DNA of 39,753 nt from Opitutia bacterium (GTDB lineage: Bacteria > Verrucomicrobiota > Verrucomicrobiia > Opitutales > Opitutaceae), in NCBI GenBank assembly GCA_037128315.1, contig JBAXWQ010000001.1, positions 1-39,753 on the forward strand. Reading direction: 5' to 3'. The translations under genes were made by a program, and so were the position numbers. The notes below the pieces were generated by a model. That model ran no database searches, had not been told where the DNA came from, and worked only from the letters and a program-made list of their open reading frames with translations. This document shows positions 27,289 through 35,731 of this stretch, in pieces. How positions within the stretch are numbered: the first letter of the stretch is position 1; each line of letters begins with the position of its first letter.

Positions 27289-29331
27289 ATGGCCCAGCAA
27301 CGCATTGTCATCATCGGGGGCGGCTTTGGCGGGGTGAAATGCGCCCAGACCCTGTCCGACCAGCTGCGCCCCGGTGACGCCGAGCTCATTCTGTTCAACA
27401 AGGAAAACCACCTCGTTTTCAGTCCGCTCCTGGCCGATGCCGTCGGTTCCACGCTGAACCTGCTCGATGTGATCGTGCCCCTCCGCCAGCTGCTGCCCCG
27501 CGTCACCTGCCGCACGGAGGAAGTGCGCGGCATCGACCTCGCGGCGCATACCCTCGCTTACGAGGGCTACGACGGGCAGCCGCGCCGGCTGACCTACGAT
27601 CACATCGTCATCGCCTGCGGCAATATCTCCAACCTCAACGTGGTGCCGGGCATGGCCGACCATGCGTTTCCCCTGAAGACCGTCGGCGACGCGGCCGTGC
27701 TCCGCACCCACATTCTGTCGCAGATGGAAAAGGCCGAGGTGTGCGACGACCCGGAGCGCCGGCGCTGGTATTTGTCCTTCATCGTGGTCGGCGGCGGCTA
27801 CAGCGGGGTGGAGACCGCCGGCGAGATCAACGACCTGGTCCGCACCAGCCGCCGTTTCTACCGGAACATCCGCGCGGAGGACATCACGGTCACCCTGATC
27901 CATTCCCGCGACCAACTGCTGCCGGAGATCAGCCCGTCGCTGCGCGAGTTTGCCCGGAAAAAGATGGAGCAGGCCGGCGTCAGCATGAAGCTCAACGCCC
28001 GCGTGCAACTGGCCACCGGCGAGGGCGTCGGCCTGAAGGATGAATTTGTCCACGGCGGCACCATTGTCTGCACCATTGGCAGCACGACGGCCCCCGTCGT
28101 CGAGCAATTGGACTCGCCCAAGGAGAAGGGCCGCCTGCTCACCGAGGCCGACATGCGCCTGCGGGGCCGCCCGAACGCCTGGGCGATCGGCGACTGTGCG
28201 GCCATCAGCAACGCCTACGACGGCCAGCCCTCGCCGCCCACCGGCCAGTTCGCCGAACGCCAGGGCCGGCAGTGCGCCCAGAACATCATCCGGCTCCGGC
28301 GGGGCGAGGCGACCCGGCCATTTTCCTTCAAGGTGCTCGGCCAGCTCTGTTCCATCGGCGGGCAAAGCGCGGTCGCCGAAATGCTGGGCTGCAAGCTCTC
28401 GGGCTTCGTCGCCTGGTTCATCTGGCGCGGGGTCTACCTGTTCAAGCTGCCCTCCTGGGACCGGCGCGTGCAGGTCGGCTTCGACTGGGCCTGGCTGCTG
28501 TTCTTCCCGCGCGACCTCAGCTGCATCCAGACCGACGTCACCGACCGCGTCACCCACGCCCACTACGAGCCGGGCGACCTCATCGTCAAGCAGGGCGACC
28601 CGCCCGCCAGCTTCTATGTGATTGAGAAAGGCGAGGTCGAGATCGTGCGCAGCTCGCCCGAACGGCCCGACGGCGAGATCCTCGCCGTGCTCGGCGCCGG
28701 CAATTTTTTTGGCGAGGCCGCCCTGCTCAGCAACCAGCCCCGCTCCGCCTCGGTGCGCGCCCGCACCCCGGCCGAGATTGTCATCATGGGCCGGCATGTC
28801 TTCTCGAACATCGCCTCGTCCCTGGCCCCGCTCAAGCAGGCACTCACCGCCGCCATCACCCGCCGCTCCGCCAATTTCTGGACCCAGCGGCCCGAGGCCA
28901 TGAGCGCGCTGCGTCACCTCCCGCTGGCCGATTTCATCGAGCCCGCCCCCACCCCGCTGCTCAAGCCGACGGACCGGCTGATCGATGTCATGCGCGTGTT
29001 TGCCGACCACCCGGACGAATTTTTCTATGTCTCGGCCGATGGCGCGCGGCTCGACGGCATCGTCACGCTTACCGACCTGCTGCGGGCGCAGAACCGTGAT
29101 GCCACGGCCGAAACCCCGGCCAGCACCTTCATGATCCCGGAGCCCGCCTGCATCGCCCAGACCGACTCGGCCATGGTCGCCGCCGCCGGCTTGAGCGAAC
29201 ACAGCCTGAAATTCCTGCCGGTCGTCGCCGACCTGTCGGGTCGGCGGATCGTGGGATTTGTCCGGGCCCGCAAGCTCATGGCCGGCGTGATGCGGCAGGC
29301 CCGCACGGGCGCCCCGTGGGCCGGCGCTTGA
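27289..29331 (+). CDS. Type II NAD(P)H dehydrogenase-like flavoprotein fused to a cNMP-binding domain and a CBS pair
   Basis: IVIIGGGFGG, YDHIVIACG, VVGGGYSGVETAGEI, WAIGDCA and WFIWRGVYLFKLP; then IVKQGD..FYVIEKGEVEI..FFGEAALL...RSASVRA (cNMP); then LDGIVTLTDLL and LPVV..IVGFV (CBS). Confidence 0.9.
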   Translation: MAQQRIVIIGGGFGGVKCAQTLSDQLRPGDAELILFNKENHLVFSPLLADAVGSTLNLLDVIVPLRQLLPRVTCRTEEVRGIDLAAHTLAYEGYDGQPRRLTYDHIVIACGNISNLNVVPGMADHAFPLKTVGDAAVLRTHILSQMEKAEVCDDPERRRWYLSFIVVGGGYSGVETAGEINDLVRTSRRFYRNIRAEDITVTLIHSRDQLLPEISPSLREFARKKMEQAGVSMKLNARVQLATGEGVGLKDEFVHGGTIVCTIGSTTAPVVEQLDSPKEKGRLLTEADMRLRGRPNAWAIGDCAAISNAYDGQPSPPTGQFAERQGRQCAQNIIRLRRGEATRPFSFKVLGQLCSIGGQSAVAEMLGCKLSGFVAWFIWRGVYLFKLPSWDRRVQVGFDWAWLLFFPRDLSCIQTDVTDRVTHAHYEPGDLIVKQGDPPASFYVIEKGEVEIVRSSPERPDGEILAVLGAGNFFGEAALLSNQPRSASVRARTPAEIVIMGRHVFSNIASSLAPLKQALTAAITRRSANFWTQRPEAMSALRHLPLADFIEPAPTPLLKPTDRLIDVMRVFADHPDEFFYVSADGARLDGIVTLTDLLRAQNRDATAETPASTFMIPEPACIAQTDSAMVAAAGLSEHSLKFLPVVADLSGRRIVGFVRARKLMAGVMRQARTGAPWAGA

Positions 29332-29451
29332 GGCGGAGACCGCAGGAAGCAAAGGGTTTCCCCAGATGAAAGCCTTCCGGCGCCTTCGATTTAAACTCTG
29401 TTTGCCAAACGGTTCATCCCGCGTAGCCTCTGCCGTCCCCGCTTCCCGTTG

Positions 29452-29907
29452 ATGCAAGACCTCACCGACCTCTACCAGTCCGTCATTCTGGACCACAACC
29501 GCCGGCCGCGGAACTATGCGGTCCTGCCCACCGCCAACCGCGTGGGTAGCGGCAACAATCCGATGTGCGGTGACCAGATCACCGTCTACGTGCGCCTCGA
29601 GGGCGACCGCATCGCCGAGGTCAGTTTTCAGGGCAGCGGCTGCGCCATTTCCAAGGCCAGTGCCTCCCTCATGACCGTCAATCTCAAGGGCAAGACCATC
29701 GCCGAGGCTGAAGCCATCTATGCCGACCTGCACCAGATGGTCACCACCGGCAAAGTCGGGGAGGACAACATGTCCGACCTCGCCGCCCTCGCCGGGGTCC
29801 ACCAGTTTCCCGCCCGCATCAAGTGCGCCACTCTGGGCTGGCACGCCGCCCTGAACGCCGCCAAGGGGGACGAGAAACCGGTGACAACCGAAAAACCCAG
29901 CGATTGA
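29452..29907 (+). CDS. sufU: SUF system NifU-family Fe-S assembly protein SufU
   Basis: LYQSVILDH, NPMCGD, GSGCAISKASAS and PARIKCATL motifs. Confidence 0.93.
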   Translation: MQDLTDLYQSVILDHNRRPRNYAVLPTANRVGSGNNPMCGDQITVYVRLEGDRIAEVSFQGSGCAISKASASLMTVNLKGKTIAEAEAIYADLHQMVTTGKVGEDNMSDLAALAGVHQFPARIKCATLGWHAALNAAKGDEKPVTTEKPSD

Positions 29908-29916
29908 GTTCATCCT

Positions 29917-29963
29917 GTAGGTCGGGGTTTATCCCCGACAGTCGGGCGTAAAGCCCGACCTAC
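29917..29963. repeat. REP doublet, family B, with a 1-nt spacer
   Basis: GTAGGTCGGGGTTTATCCCCGAC-A-GTCGGGCGTAAAGCCCGACCTAC. Confidence 0.88.
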
Positions 29964-29980
29964 CACCGCAAACCCCTTTC

Positions 29981-31213
29981 ATGAGCCCCGCCTGGAAAAA
30001 CATCCGCACCGACTTCCCGATCCTTGACCAGCAGGTGAACGGCAAGCCCCTGGTCTATCTCGACAACGCGGCCACGTCACAGAAACCGCAATGCGTCATC
30101 GACGCGCTCTCCCATTACTACCGGAAGGACAATGCCAACGTCCACCGTGGTATCCACACCCTCTCGATGCGCGCCACCTTCGCCTATGAGGCGTCCCGCG
30201 AGCGCAGTGCCAAATTCCTTAACGCGGCTGAACCCGGCGAAATCGTGTTCACCGCCGGCACCACCGACAGCATCAATTTGGTCGCCAATGCGTGGGGCGA
30301 CGAAAACCTGCAGGCGGGCGATGTCATCTTGCTCACCGAGATGGAGCATCACTCCAACCTGGTGCCCTGGCAGATGCTCGCCCGCCGGACCGGGGCCAAG
30401 TTGCGCTATCTGCCCGTGGTCGCCGGCGATACCGGCCTGCTGGATCTTACCCAACTGGACCGGGTGCTCACCCCCGAGGTGAAGATCTTCGCGTTCACCC
30501 ACGTTTCCAACACGCTGGGGGTCATCAATCCGGCCGCGGAGCTTTGTGCGGCCGCCCGGAAAGTCGGAGCCCTCACCCTGATTGACGCGGCCCAGAGCGC
30601 GGGTCACCTGCCGGTCGACGTCCGGACGCTGGGTTGCGACTTTCTCGCCCTCTCCGGCCACAAGATGTGCGGCCCCACCGGCGTCGGACTGCTCTACGGC
30701 CGCAAGGCCCTGCTCGACGCCATGCCGCCCTACCGCGGCGGTGGCAGCATGATCTCGAGCGTGGAGTACTTCGAAAGCAAGTGGGCCCCCGCCCCGCAGA
30801 AATTCGAGGCCGGCACGCCCAATATCGCCGATGTCATCGCGCTGGCCCGCGCCATGGACTATCTCGACGACCTCGGCCGGGAGGCCATTGCGCGGCACGA
30901 CGAGCAACTCGCCGCCCACGCCTACGCCCGCCTTGCCGCGGAAATCCCCGGCATCAGGATGCTCGGCCCGGCGCACCACCGCAGCGGGGTCATCAGCTTT
31001 GACCTGCCGGGCGTGCACGCCCACGACGTCGTGACGATGGCCGACCAGGAGGGCGTGGCCCTGCGGGGCGGCCACCACTGCAACCAGCCCCTGATGCGCA
31101 AGCTCGGCCTCAGTTCCACCTCCCGCGCCAGCTTCTATCTCTACAACACCGAGGCTGAGATCGAGCGACTGGTCGCGACCCTCAAGAGAATCCAGGGATT
31201 TTTCGCGGGTTAA
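29981..31213 (+). CDS. sufS: SufS-type cysteine desulfurase
   Basis: LVYLDNAATSQKP, ANVHRG, EHHSNLVPWQ, SGHKMCGPTG, FEAGTP and RGGHHCNQPL motifs. Confidence 0.96.
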   Translation: MSPAWKNIRTDFPILDQQVNGKPLVYLDNAATSQKPQCVIDALSHYYRKDNANVHRGIHTLSMRATFAYEASRERSAKFLNAAEPGEIVFTAGTTDSINLVANAWGDENLQAGDVILLTEMEHHSNLVPWQMLARRTGAKLRYLPVVAGDTGLLDLTQLDRVLTPEVKIFAFTHVSNTLGVINPAAELCAAARKVGALTLIDAAQSAGHLPVDVRTLGCDFLALSGHKMCGPTGVGLLYGRKALLDAMPPYRGGGSMISSVEYFESKWAPAPQKFEAGTPNIADVIALARAMDYLDDLGREAIARHDEQLAAHAYARLAAEIPGIRMLGPAHHRSGVISFDLPGVHAHDVVTMADQEGVALRGGHHCNQPLMRKLGLSSTSRASFYLYNTEAEIERLVATLKRIQGFFAG

Positions 31214-31230
31214 CCACCTGATTTCAGGCT

Positions 31231-31817
31231 GTAGGAGGGGCTTTATGCCCCGATCGAAATACTTAAAATGGACGGATGTCGTTCGATCCCAAACATGGGC
31301 ATAAGGCACTGAGGAGGGGTCGCTGGTCCGAATCAGGAGCCGAGTACTTCCTGACTTTCTGCACGGCGGACCGCCGCCCGGGATTAACTGCGCCGGATGT
31401 AATGACGGCCATTTTGCTCGAGGCCAGCCGACTTGGCAAAGATTCCAGATGGACTCTGCTTTCCGGCGTCGTGATGCCGGATCACGTTCACCTCCTGGTC
31501 AAAATCAGTTCAACAACCGGGTTAGCCGGCGCCGTTCGTCTCTTCAAGGGCCGGCTCACGCCAGTTCTCCGCACCGCGGGTTTGCGATGGGAGCCCGCGT
31601 ACTTCGATCACCGCCTTCGCCCGAATGAGGATCGGCTGCCAGTATTCATTTATATCTATCTGAATCCCTATCGCGCCAAGCTCCTGATACCGGGCCAAGT
31701 GTGGACCGGCTATTTCTGCAATCAGAATGACTGGATATGGTTTGAGGCGTTGACCAATCAAGCCTGTCCGTTTCCTGAATGGCTTGCGTAACCATCGGGG
31801 CGTAAAGCCCCTCCTAC
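31231..31817. mobile_element. REPtron: RAYT gene flanked by two inverted family-A REPs
   Basis: REP GTAGGAGGGGCTTTATGCCCCGAT at 31231-31254 and inverted REP ATCGGGGCGTAAAGCCCCTCCTAC at 31794-31817. Confidence 0.92.
31276..31791 (+). CDS. REP-associated tyrosine transposase (RAYT, Y1 HUH family)
   Basis: LRRGR, YFLTFCT, VVMPDHVHLLV (HUH), FKG, WEPAYFDHRLR and YIYLNP motifs; flanked by REPs. Confidence 0.93.
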   Translation: MSFDPKHGHKALRRGRWSESGAEYFLTFCTADRRPGLTAPDVMTAILLEASRLGKDSRWTLLSGVVMPDHVHLLVKISSTTGLAGAVRLFKGRLTPVLRTAGLRWEPAYFDHRLRPNEDRLPVFIYIYLNPYRAKLLIPGQVWTGYFCNQNDWIWFEALTNQACPFPEWLA

Positions 31818-31907
31818 AGTTTTGAAGCCCTCCAGCCCAACGCCTGCCTGCAATTGGACAATTTATGCCTAGCCGCGGCGGCCCGCCTCGGCTAACCTGT
31901 CGGCCTT

Positions 31908-33314
31908 ATGGTGTCACCACGCAACACCGTCACGGTACCTAACGCTGTCGAACCCGCTCTCGAGCTGGTCCGAAAGTACAACATTCCCGGACCCCGCTAC
32001 ACGTCGTACCCGACGGCGCCGCAGTTCTCGGAAGCGATCGATCGCACCGCCCTGCTGGCGGACATCGCCCGGGACAATGCGGACGTCACCTCGGCGCTCT
32101 CCCTGTATTTTCACATCCCGTTCTGCGAGTCGCTGTGCTGGTATTGCGGCTGCACGACCGTCATCACCACCCGCCGGGCCTCGGCCCATGAATACATCAG
32201 CTGGCTGGAAAAGGAGCTCGCCCTGACGGCGCCGCTGCTGAACACCGCCCGCCCGGTGACCCAACTGCATTTCGGCGGCGGCACCCCCACGTTTCTGCCC
32301 CCCGAGGAGATCGATCGCCTCGCCGCCGCCATCCATCGCCATTTCAAGTTTGCCCCCGACTCGGAAAACTCGGTGGAGATCGATCCGCGCCGGCTGACCA
32401 AGGAGCATGTCGACGCCTTTCGCCGGCTGGGCTGCAACCGCGCCTCGCTGGGGGTGCAGGACACCAATCCCGAGGTGCAGCTGGCGGTCCACCGCTGGCA
32501 GCCGCTGGCCCAGACCGCCCAGGCCATCGCCTGGCTGCGCGAGGCCGGTTTCCAGTCCGTCAGCGTCGACCTCATCTACGGCCTGCCGCTGCAGACCCCG
32601 GAATCCTTCACCAAAACCCTGGACGAGATCATCACGCTCAATCCCGACCGGCTCGCGGTCTTCAGCTACGCCCACGTGCCGTGGATCAAGCCGGCGCAGA
32701 AAATCTTCGACACCCGCGAGCAGCTGCCCTCGACCGAGGCCAAGCTGACCATGCTGATGACCGCCGTCGCCAAGCTCACGGCGGCCGGCTACGTCCAGAT
32801 CGGCATGGACCACTTCGCCCGGCCCGATGATGAACTCGCGGTCGCCTTCGCCGACGGCACGCTGCACCGCAATTTCCAGGGCTACACGACACGCGCCGGC
32901 GCCTCGCTCTATGGTTTCGGCATGTCCTCCATCTCGGAGACCGACGGCGCCTTCCGGCAGAACCACAAGGAGCTGCCCGACTATATCACCGGCCTCGAGG
33001 CCGGCCGCCTGCCCATTGAGCGCGGCTATCTGCTCAGTGACGACGACCGCCAGCGCCGCGCCATCATCTCGGATGTCATGTGCGGCCGCGGCCTGGATTA
33101 TGCCGCCCTCACTCGCCGGCTGGGGCTAGACTTTCCCGCCACCTACGCCGCGGAACTCGCCTCGCTCGCCGATCTGGAAGCGGACGGCCTGCTCACCCGG
33201 CATCCCGACCGCGTGGTGATCACCGATCTCGGCCGCCTTTTCCTGCGCATCATCGCCATGCGCTTCGACGCCCACCTCACGAAGCGGCCGGGCGGATTCT
33301 CCAAGACCGTGTGA
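31908..33314 (+). CDS. hemN: Oxygen-independent coproporphyrinogen III oxidase
   Basis: GPRYTSYPTA, HIPFCESLCWYCGC, HFGGGTP, IGMDHFA and LHRNFQGYT motifs. Confidence 0.96.
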   Translation: MVSPRNTVTVPNAVEPALELVRKYNIPGPRYTSYPTAPQFSEAIDRTALLADIARDNADVTSALSLYFHIPFCESLCWYCGCTTVITTRRASAHEYISWLEKELALTAPLLNTARPVTQLHFGGGTPTFLPPEEIDRLAAAIHRHFKFAPDSENSVEIDPRRLTKEHVDAFRRLGCNRASLGVQDTNPEVQLAVHRWQPLAQTAQAIAWLREAGFQSVSVDLIYGLPLQTPESFTKTLDEIITLNPDRLAVFSYAHVPWIKPAQKIFDTREQLPSTEAKLTMLMTAVAKLTAAGYVQIGMDHFARPDDELAVAFADGTLHRNFQGYTTRAGASLYGFGMSSISETDGAFRQNHKELPDYITGLEAGRLPIERGYLLSDDDRQRRAIISDVMCGRGLDYAALTRRLGLDFPATYAAELASLADLEADGLLTRHPDRVVITDLGRLFLRIIAMRFDAHLTKRPGGFSKTV

Positions 33315-33463
33315 TTTAGCCAAAGCGTGAACCACTCATACACACTGATGGGCACTGATTGATCCGCAGGCTGCCAAATCAAAAGCCCAAGTTCATTTGT
33401 TTTTCTTAATGTCAATTCGTGGTCCAATCATCGGCTTCAGCCATCTCCCATTAGTGATCATTA

Positions 33464-33608
33464 GGGAGTGTATTCAAACCCACCCACTATCAGTTTTCTG
33501 TCATTCTGAACGAAGTGAAGAATCCATGCTTTCGCTCGCGATATGGCCTTCGAAGCCGTGGATCCTTCGCTCCGCTCAGGATGACAAACTAGGTTTGAAT
33601 ACACGCCC
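33464..33608. mobile_element. 145-bp MITE with 17-bp TIRs and a TA target duplication
   Basis: TA-GGGAGTGTATTCAAACC ... GGTTTGAATACACGCCC-TA; TIRs match at 16 of 17 positions. Confidence 0.88.
33499..33586. repeat. TGTCAT-tagged palindromic doublet, copy 3 (inside the MITE)
   Basis: TGTCATTCTGAACGAAGTGAAGAATCC ... GGATCCTTCGCTCCGCTCAGGATGACA. Confidence 0.9.
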
Positions 33609-33649
33609 TAGTGACAATTAGTGGTCAACCCTCCGGACCATTCTTCCTC

Positions 33650-34099
33650 ATGCCTTATCGCATCGGCAAAAGCTTCGAGATCGAGAGCGGGCACATCCTG
33701 TCGAAACACCCGGGCAAGTGCCGCTTCCCTCATGGTCACAGCCGCAAGGTCGAGGTGGTGCTGGTGGCCGACACCCTCGATGCCAATGACATGGTCTGCG
33801 ACTTCAAGGCGGTGAAGTTGGCCCTCGGGTCATTTCTCGATACCTGGGACCACGCCCTGGCCCTGAATACCGACGACCCCAACTTCGCCTTCTATCAGGC
33901 CAAGCACGGGGAACGCATCATTCCATTCGCGCACACCGATCCCACCACGGAAGTCATGGCTCGGACCATCTTTGAGGAGCTGAAACGGGCCATGGCCGCC
34001 ACCAGCCGGCAGGGCGACTTCGCCATTCCCGCCGGTGTCCGGGTGGAGCGGGTGCGGGTCACCGAAACCAGCTCCAGCTGGGCGGAGTACTCAGGATAA
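33650..34099 (+). CDS. queD: 6-carboxytetrahydropterin synthase (PTPS/QueD family)
   Basis: KSFEIESGH, KCRFPHGHS, MVCDFK, WDH, PTTE and VRVTET motifs. Start ATG 33650. Confidence 0.85.
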   Translation: MPYRIGKSFEIESGHILSKHPGKCRFPHGHSRKVEVVLVADTLDANDMVCDFKAVKLALGSFLDTWDHALALNTDDPNFAFYQAKHGERIIPFAHTDPTTEVMARTIFEELKRAMAATSRQGDFAIPAGVRVERVRVTETSSSWAEYSG

Positions 34100-35068
34100 A
34101 TAGGCCACCAGCTGGTTCTCCGCACTGCCGTCATCATAGAGATCGAGCAGCGCATAGGCCGGGCCAAATTCCTGATAGTTGCCCTTCCACCACCCGCCAC
34201 AGACCGCGCCGTTGCAGAGATAACGGACCCCCAGATAACTGACATCATCCACCATGTGCAGGTGGCCGCTGAGGCAGATCCGCACGTTCGCATGCCGGAG
34301 GAAGAGGTCCTTGATGCGCCGGGCATCAAGATGCATCCAGGCCCCGGGCACCTCCCAGTTGCCGGTCTTGGCGAGGTCGCCGTCGAGAAAGGCCGCGGCA
34401 CTGAGGATCGGGATGTGCGAGAGCACGCAAACCGGGGTGGCCGCCGGCGTCGCGGCCAGATCGCGCCCGAGCCAGGCGAACTGCTCCTCGTCGAGCTGGG
34501 CGAAATAGCCGTTGGTCCGGCCCATCTGCATGCTGTCCAGCACCACGAAATGCCAGCCCGAGCGATCGAAGGAAAAATACCGCTGCGCCAGCCCGAGCCG
34601 GCGCAGCGCAAGGGCCTTGCCGTAATCCGGGTCCTGGGCGAGGGCGAGGTCACCGCGGCGGCTCCAGCCGAGAATGTCGTGATTACCGAGGCAGACGGCA
34701 TGCGGCAGCTTTACCTCGGCGGCGAATATCCTGTTCCACAGCTCCCACTGGGGCAGCACCTTCTCCTTGGGTTGCTCCAGCGCATCCCCGATGCAATCGC
34801 CGCCGAAGAGCAGCAGGTCGGGCCGGTCGGATTGGGCCTGGGCATGGCGGATGGCCGCCGCCATGCCCTCGGCCGCGCCCTTGATATCCGAGACATGAAT
34901 GTCCGTCAGGTGCGCCACACGCAGCAGGCGCTTGCGACCCGGGGTTGGCGGGGCGGCGGTCAGGCTCGCCGGCGCGCCGCCCAGCGATGTGCCCAGTATC
35001 AGGGCACCCGTGTTCTTGAGGAAATTGCGTCGGGACAGTTCGGGCAACGGGGCAGGAAACGGATTCAC
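34091..35068 (-). CDS. Tat-exported calcineurin-like metallophosphoesterase
   Basis: SRRNFLK twin-arginine signal; HLTDIH, GGDC, LGNHD, LSHIP and SGHLH motifs. Start uncertain (GTG 35068 or TTG 35074). Confidence 0.9.
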   Translation of the reverse strand: MNPFPAPLPELSRRNFLKNTGALILGTSLGGAPASLTAAPPTPGRKRLLRVAHLTDIHVSDIKGAAEGMAAAIRHAQAQSDRPDLLLFGGDCIGDALEQPKEKVLPQWELWNRIFAAEVKLPHAVCLGNHDILGWSRRGDLALAQDPDYGKALALRRLGLAQRYFSFDRSGWHFVVLDSMQMGRTNGYFAQLDEEQFAWLGRDLAATPAATPVCVLSHIPILSAAAFLDGDLAKTGNWEVPGAWMHLDARRIKDLFLRHANVRICLSGHLHMVDDVSYLGVRYLCNGAVCGGWWKGNYQEFGPAYALLDLYDDGSAENQLVAYLS

Positions 35069-35182
35069 GAACAAGCACTACCCCGGCCAAACTCTCGGCG
35101 GCAATCCCCAACCGAGAGGCCTGCTACATCCGCCGTCCGTCCAGTGTTGTCGGCGGCCGTTTTCCTGTCATTGACTCGGACC

Positions 35183-35731
35183 GTGCACCCCCCTCCCGAA
35201 GACGCGACCATTTTGGCCCTGGAACGGCCGCACCGCGATTTGCTGACCTACTACCTGCTGAGCTGCCTGGTGGTGCCGCCGCTGTTCCCGATCATCGCGC
35301 CATATTATTATTTTCGCTACCATACGATGCGCTACAAGTTCACCGACGAGGGCATCTCCATGAGTTGGGGGATATTGTTTCGGCGGCAAATTATCATCAA
35401 TTATGCCCGGATTCAGGATATCCACCTGCGCTCGAACCTGGTTGAACGCTGGCTGGGACTGGCCCGCGTCCTCGTCCAGACGGCCAGCGGAAGTTCCGGG
35501 GCCGAGATGACCCTGGAGGGATTCAAGGAATTCGAGGCCGTCCGCGATTTCCTCTACTCCAAGATGCGCGGGGTGAAAGACCCGGCCCACCAGGCCAGTT
35601 CGGCCGCCACCCGCCCGGCGCAGGAAACCGAGCTCGCTGCGGCGTTGCGTGAGGTCGCCCGGGAATTGCGGGAAACCCGCGTCGCCCTGCAGGCGCGCCA
35701 ATCCGACAACCGGGATTCGCGCCATGTATGA
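35183..35731 (+). CDS. Bacterial PH-domain (bPH_2, YdbS-like) membrane protein
   Basis: TM segment followed by RYKFTDEGISMSWGILFRRQIIINYARIQDI...ERWLGLARVLVQTAS. Start uncertain (GTG 35183). Confidence 0.85.
   Translation: MHPPPEDATILALERPHRDLLTYYLLSCLVVPPLFPIIAPYYYFRYHTMRYKFTDEGISMSWGILFRRQIIINYARIQDIHLRSNLVERWLGLARVLVQTASGSSGAEMTLEGFKEFEAVRDFLYSKMRGVKDPAHQASSAATRPAQETELAAALREVARELRETRVALQARQSDNRDSRHV

Larger units (their letters stand above)
33330..33626. repeat. Inverted pair of 10-mer arrays (CACTRAT type); the right arm is split by a MITE
   Basis: Left AACCACTCAT ACACACTGAT GGGCACTGAT. Right arm, reconstructed after removing the MITE: ATTAGTGATC ATTAGTGACA ATTAGTGGTC. Confidence 0.8.

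Noticed and set aside
27163-29913. 916-aa minus-strand ORF, and other long antisense ORFs such as 9976-11910, 8326-9939, 16509-18047 and 2979-4394
   Set aside because: Shadow ORFs opposite well-supported genes, expected with GC-rich codon usage; no recognisable motifs.
33315-33649. preQ1 or other riboswitch upstream of queD
   Set aside because: The spacer is largely explained by nested repeats, and I could not see a preQ1 stem with an A-rich tail. An Rfam scan would settle it.
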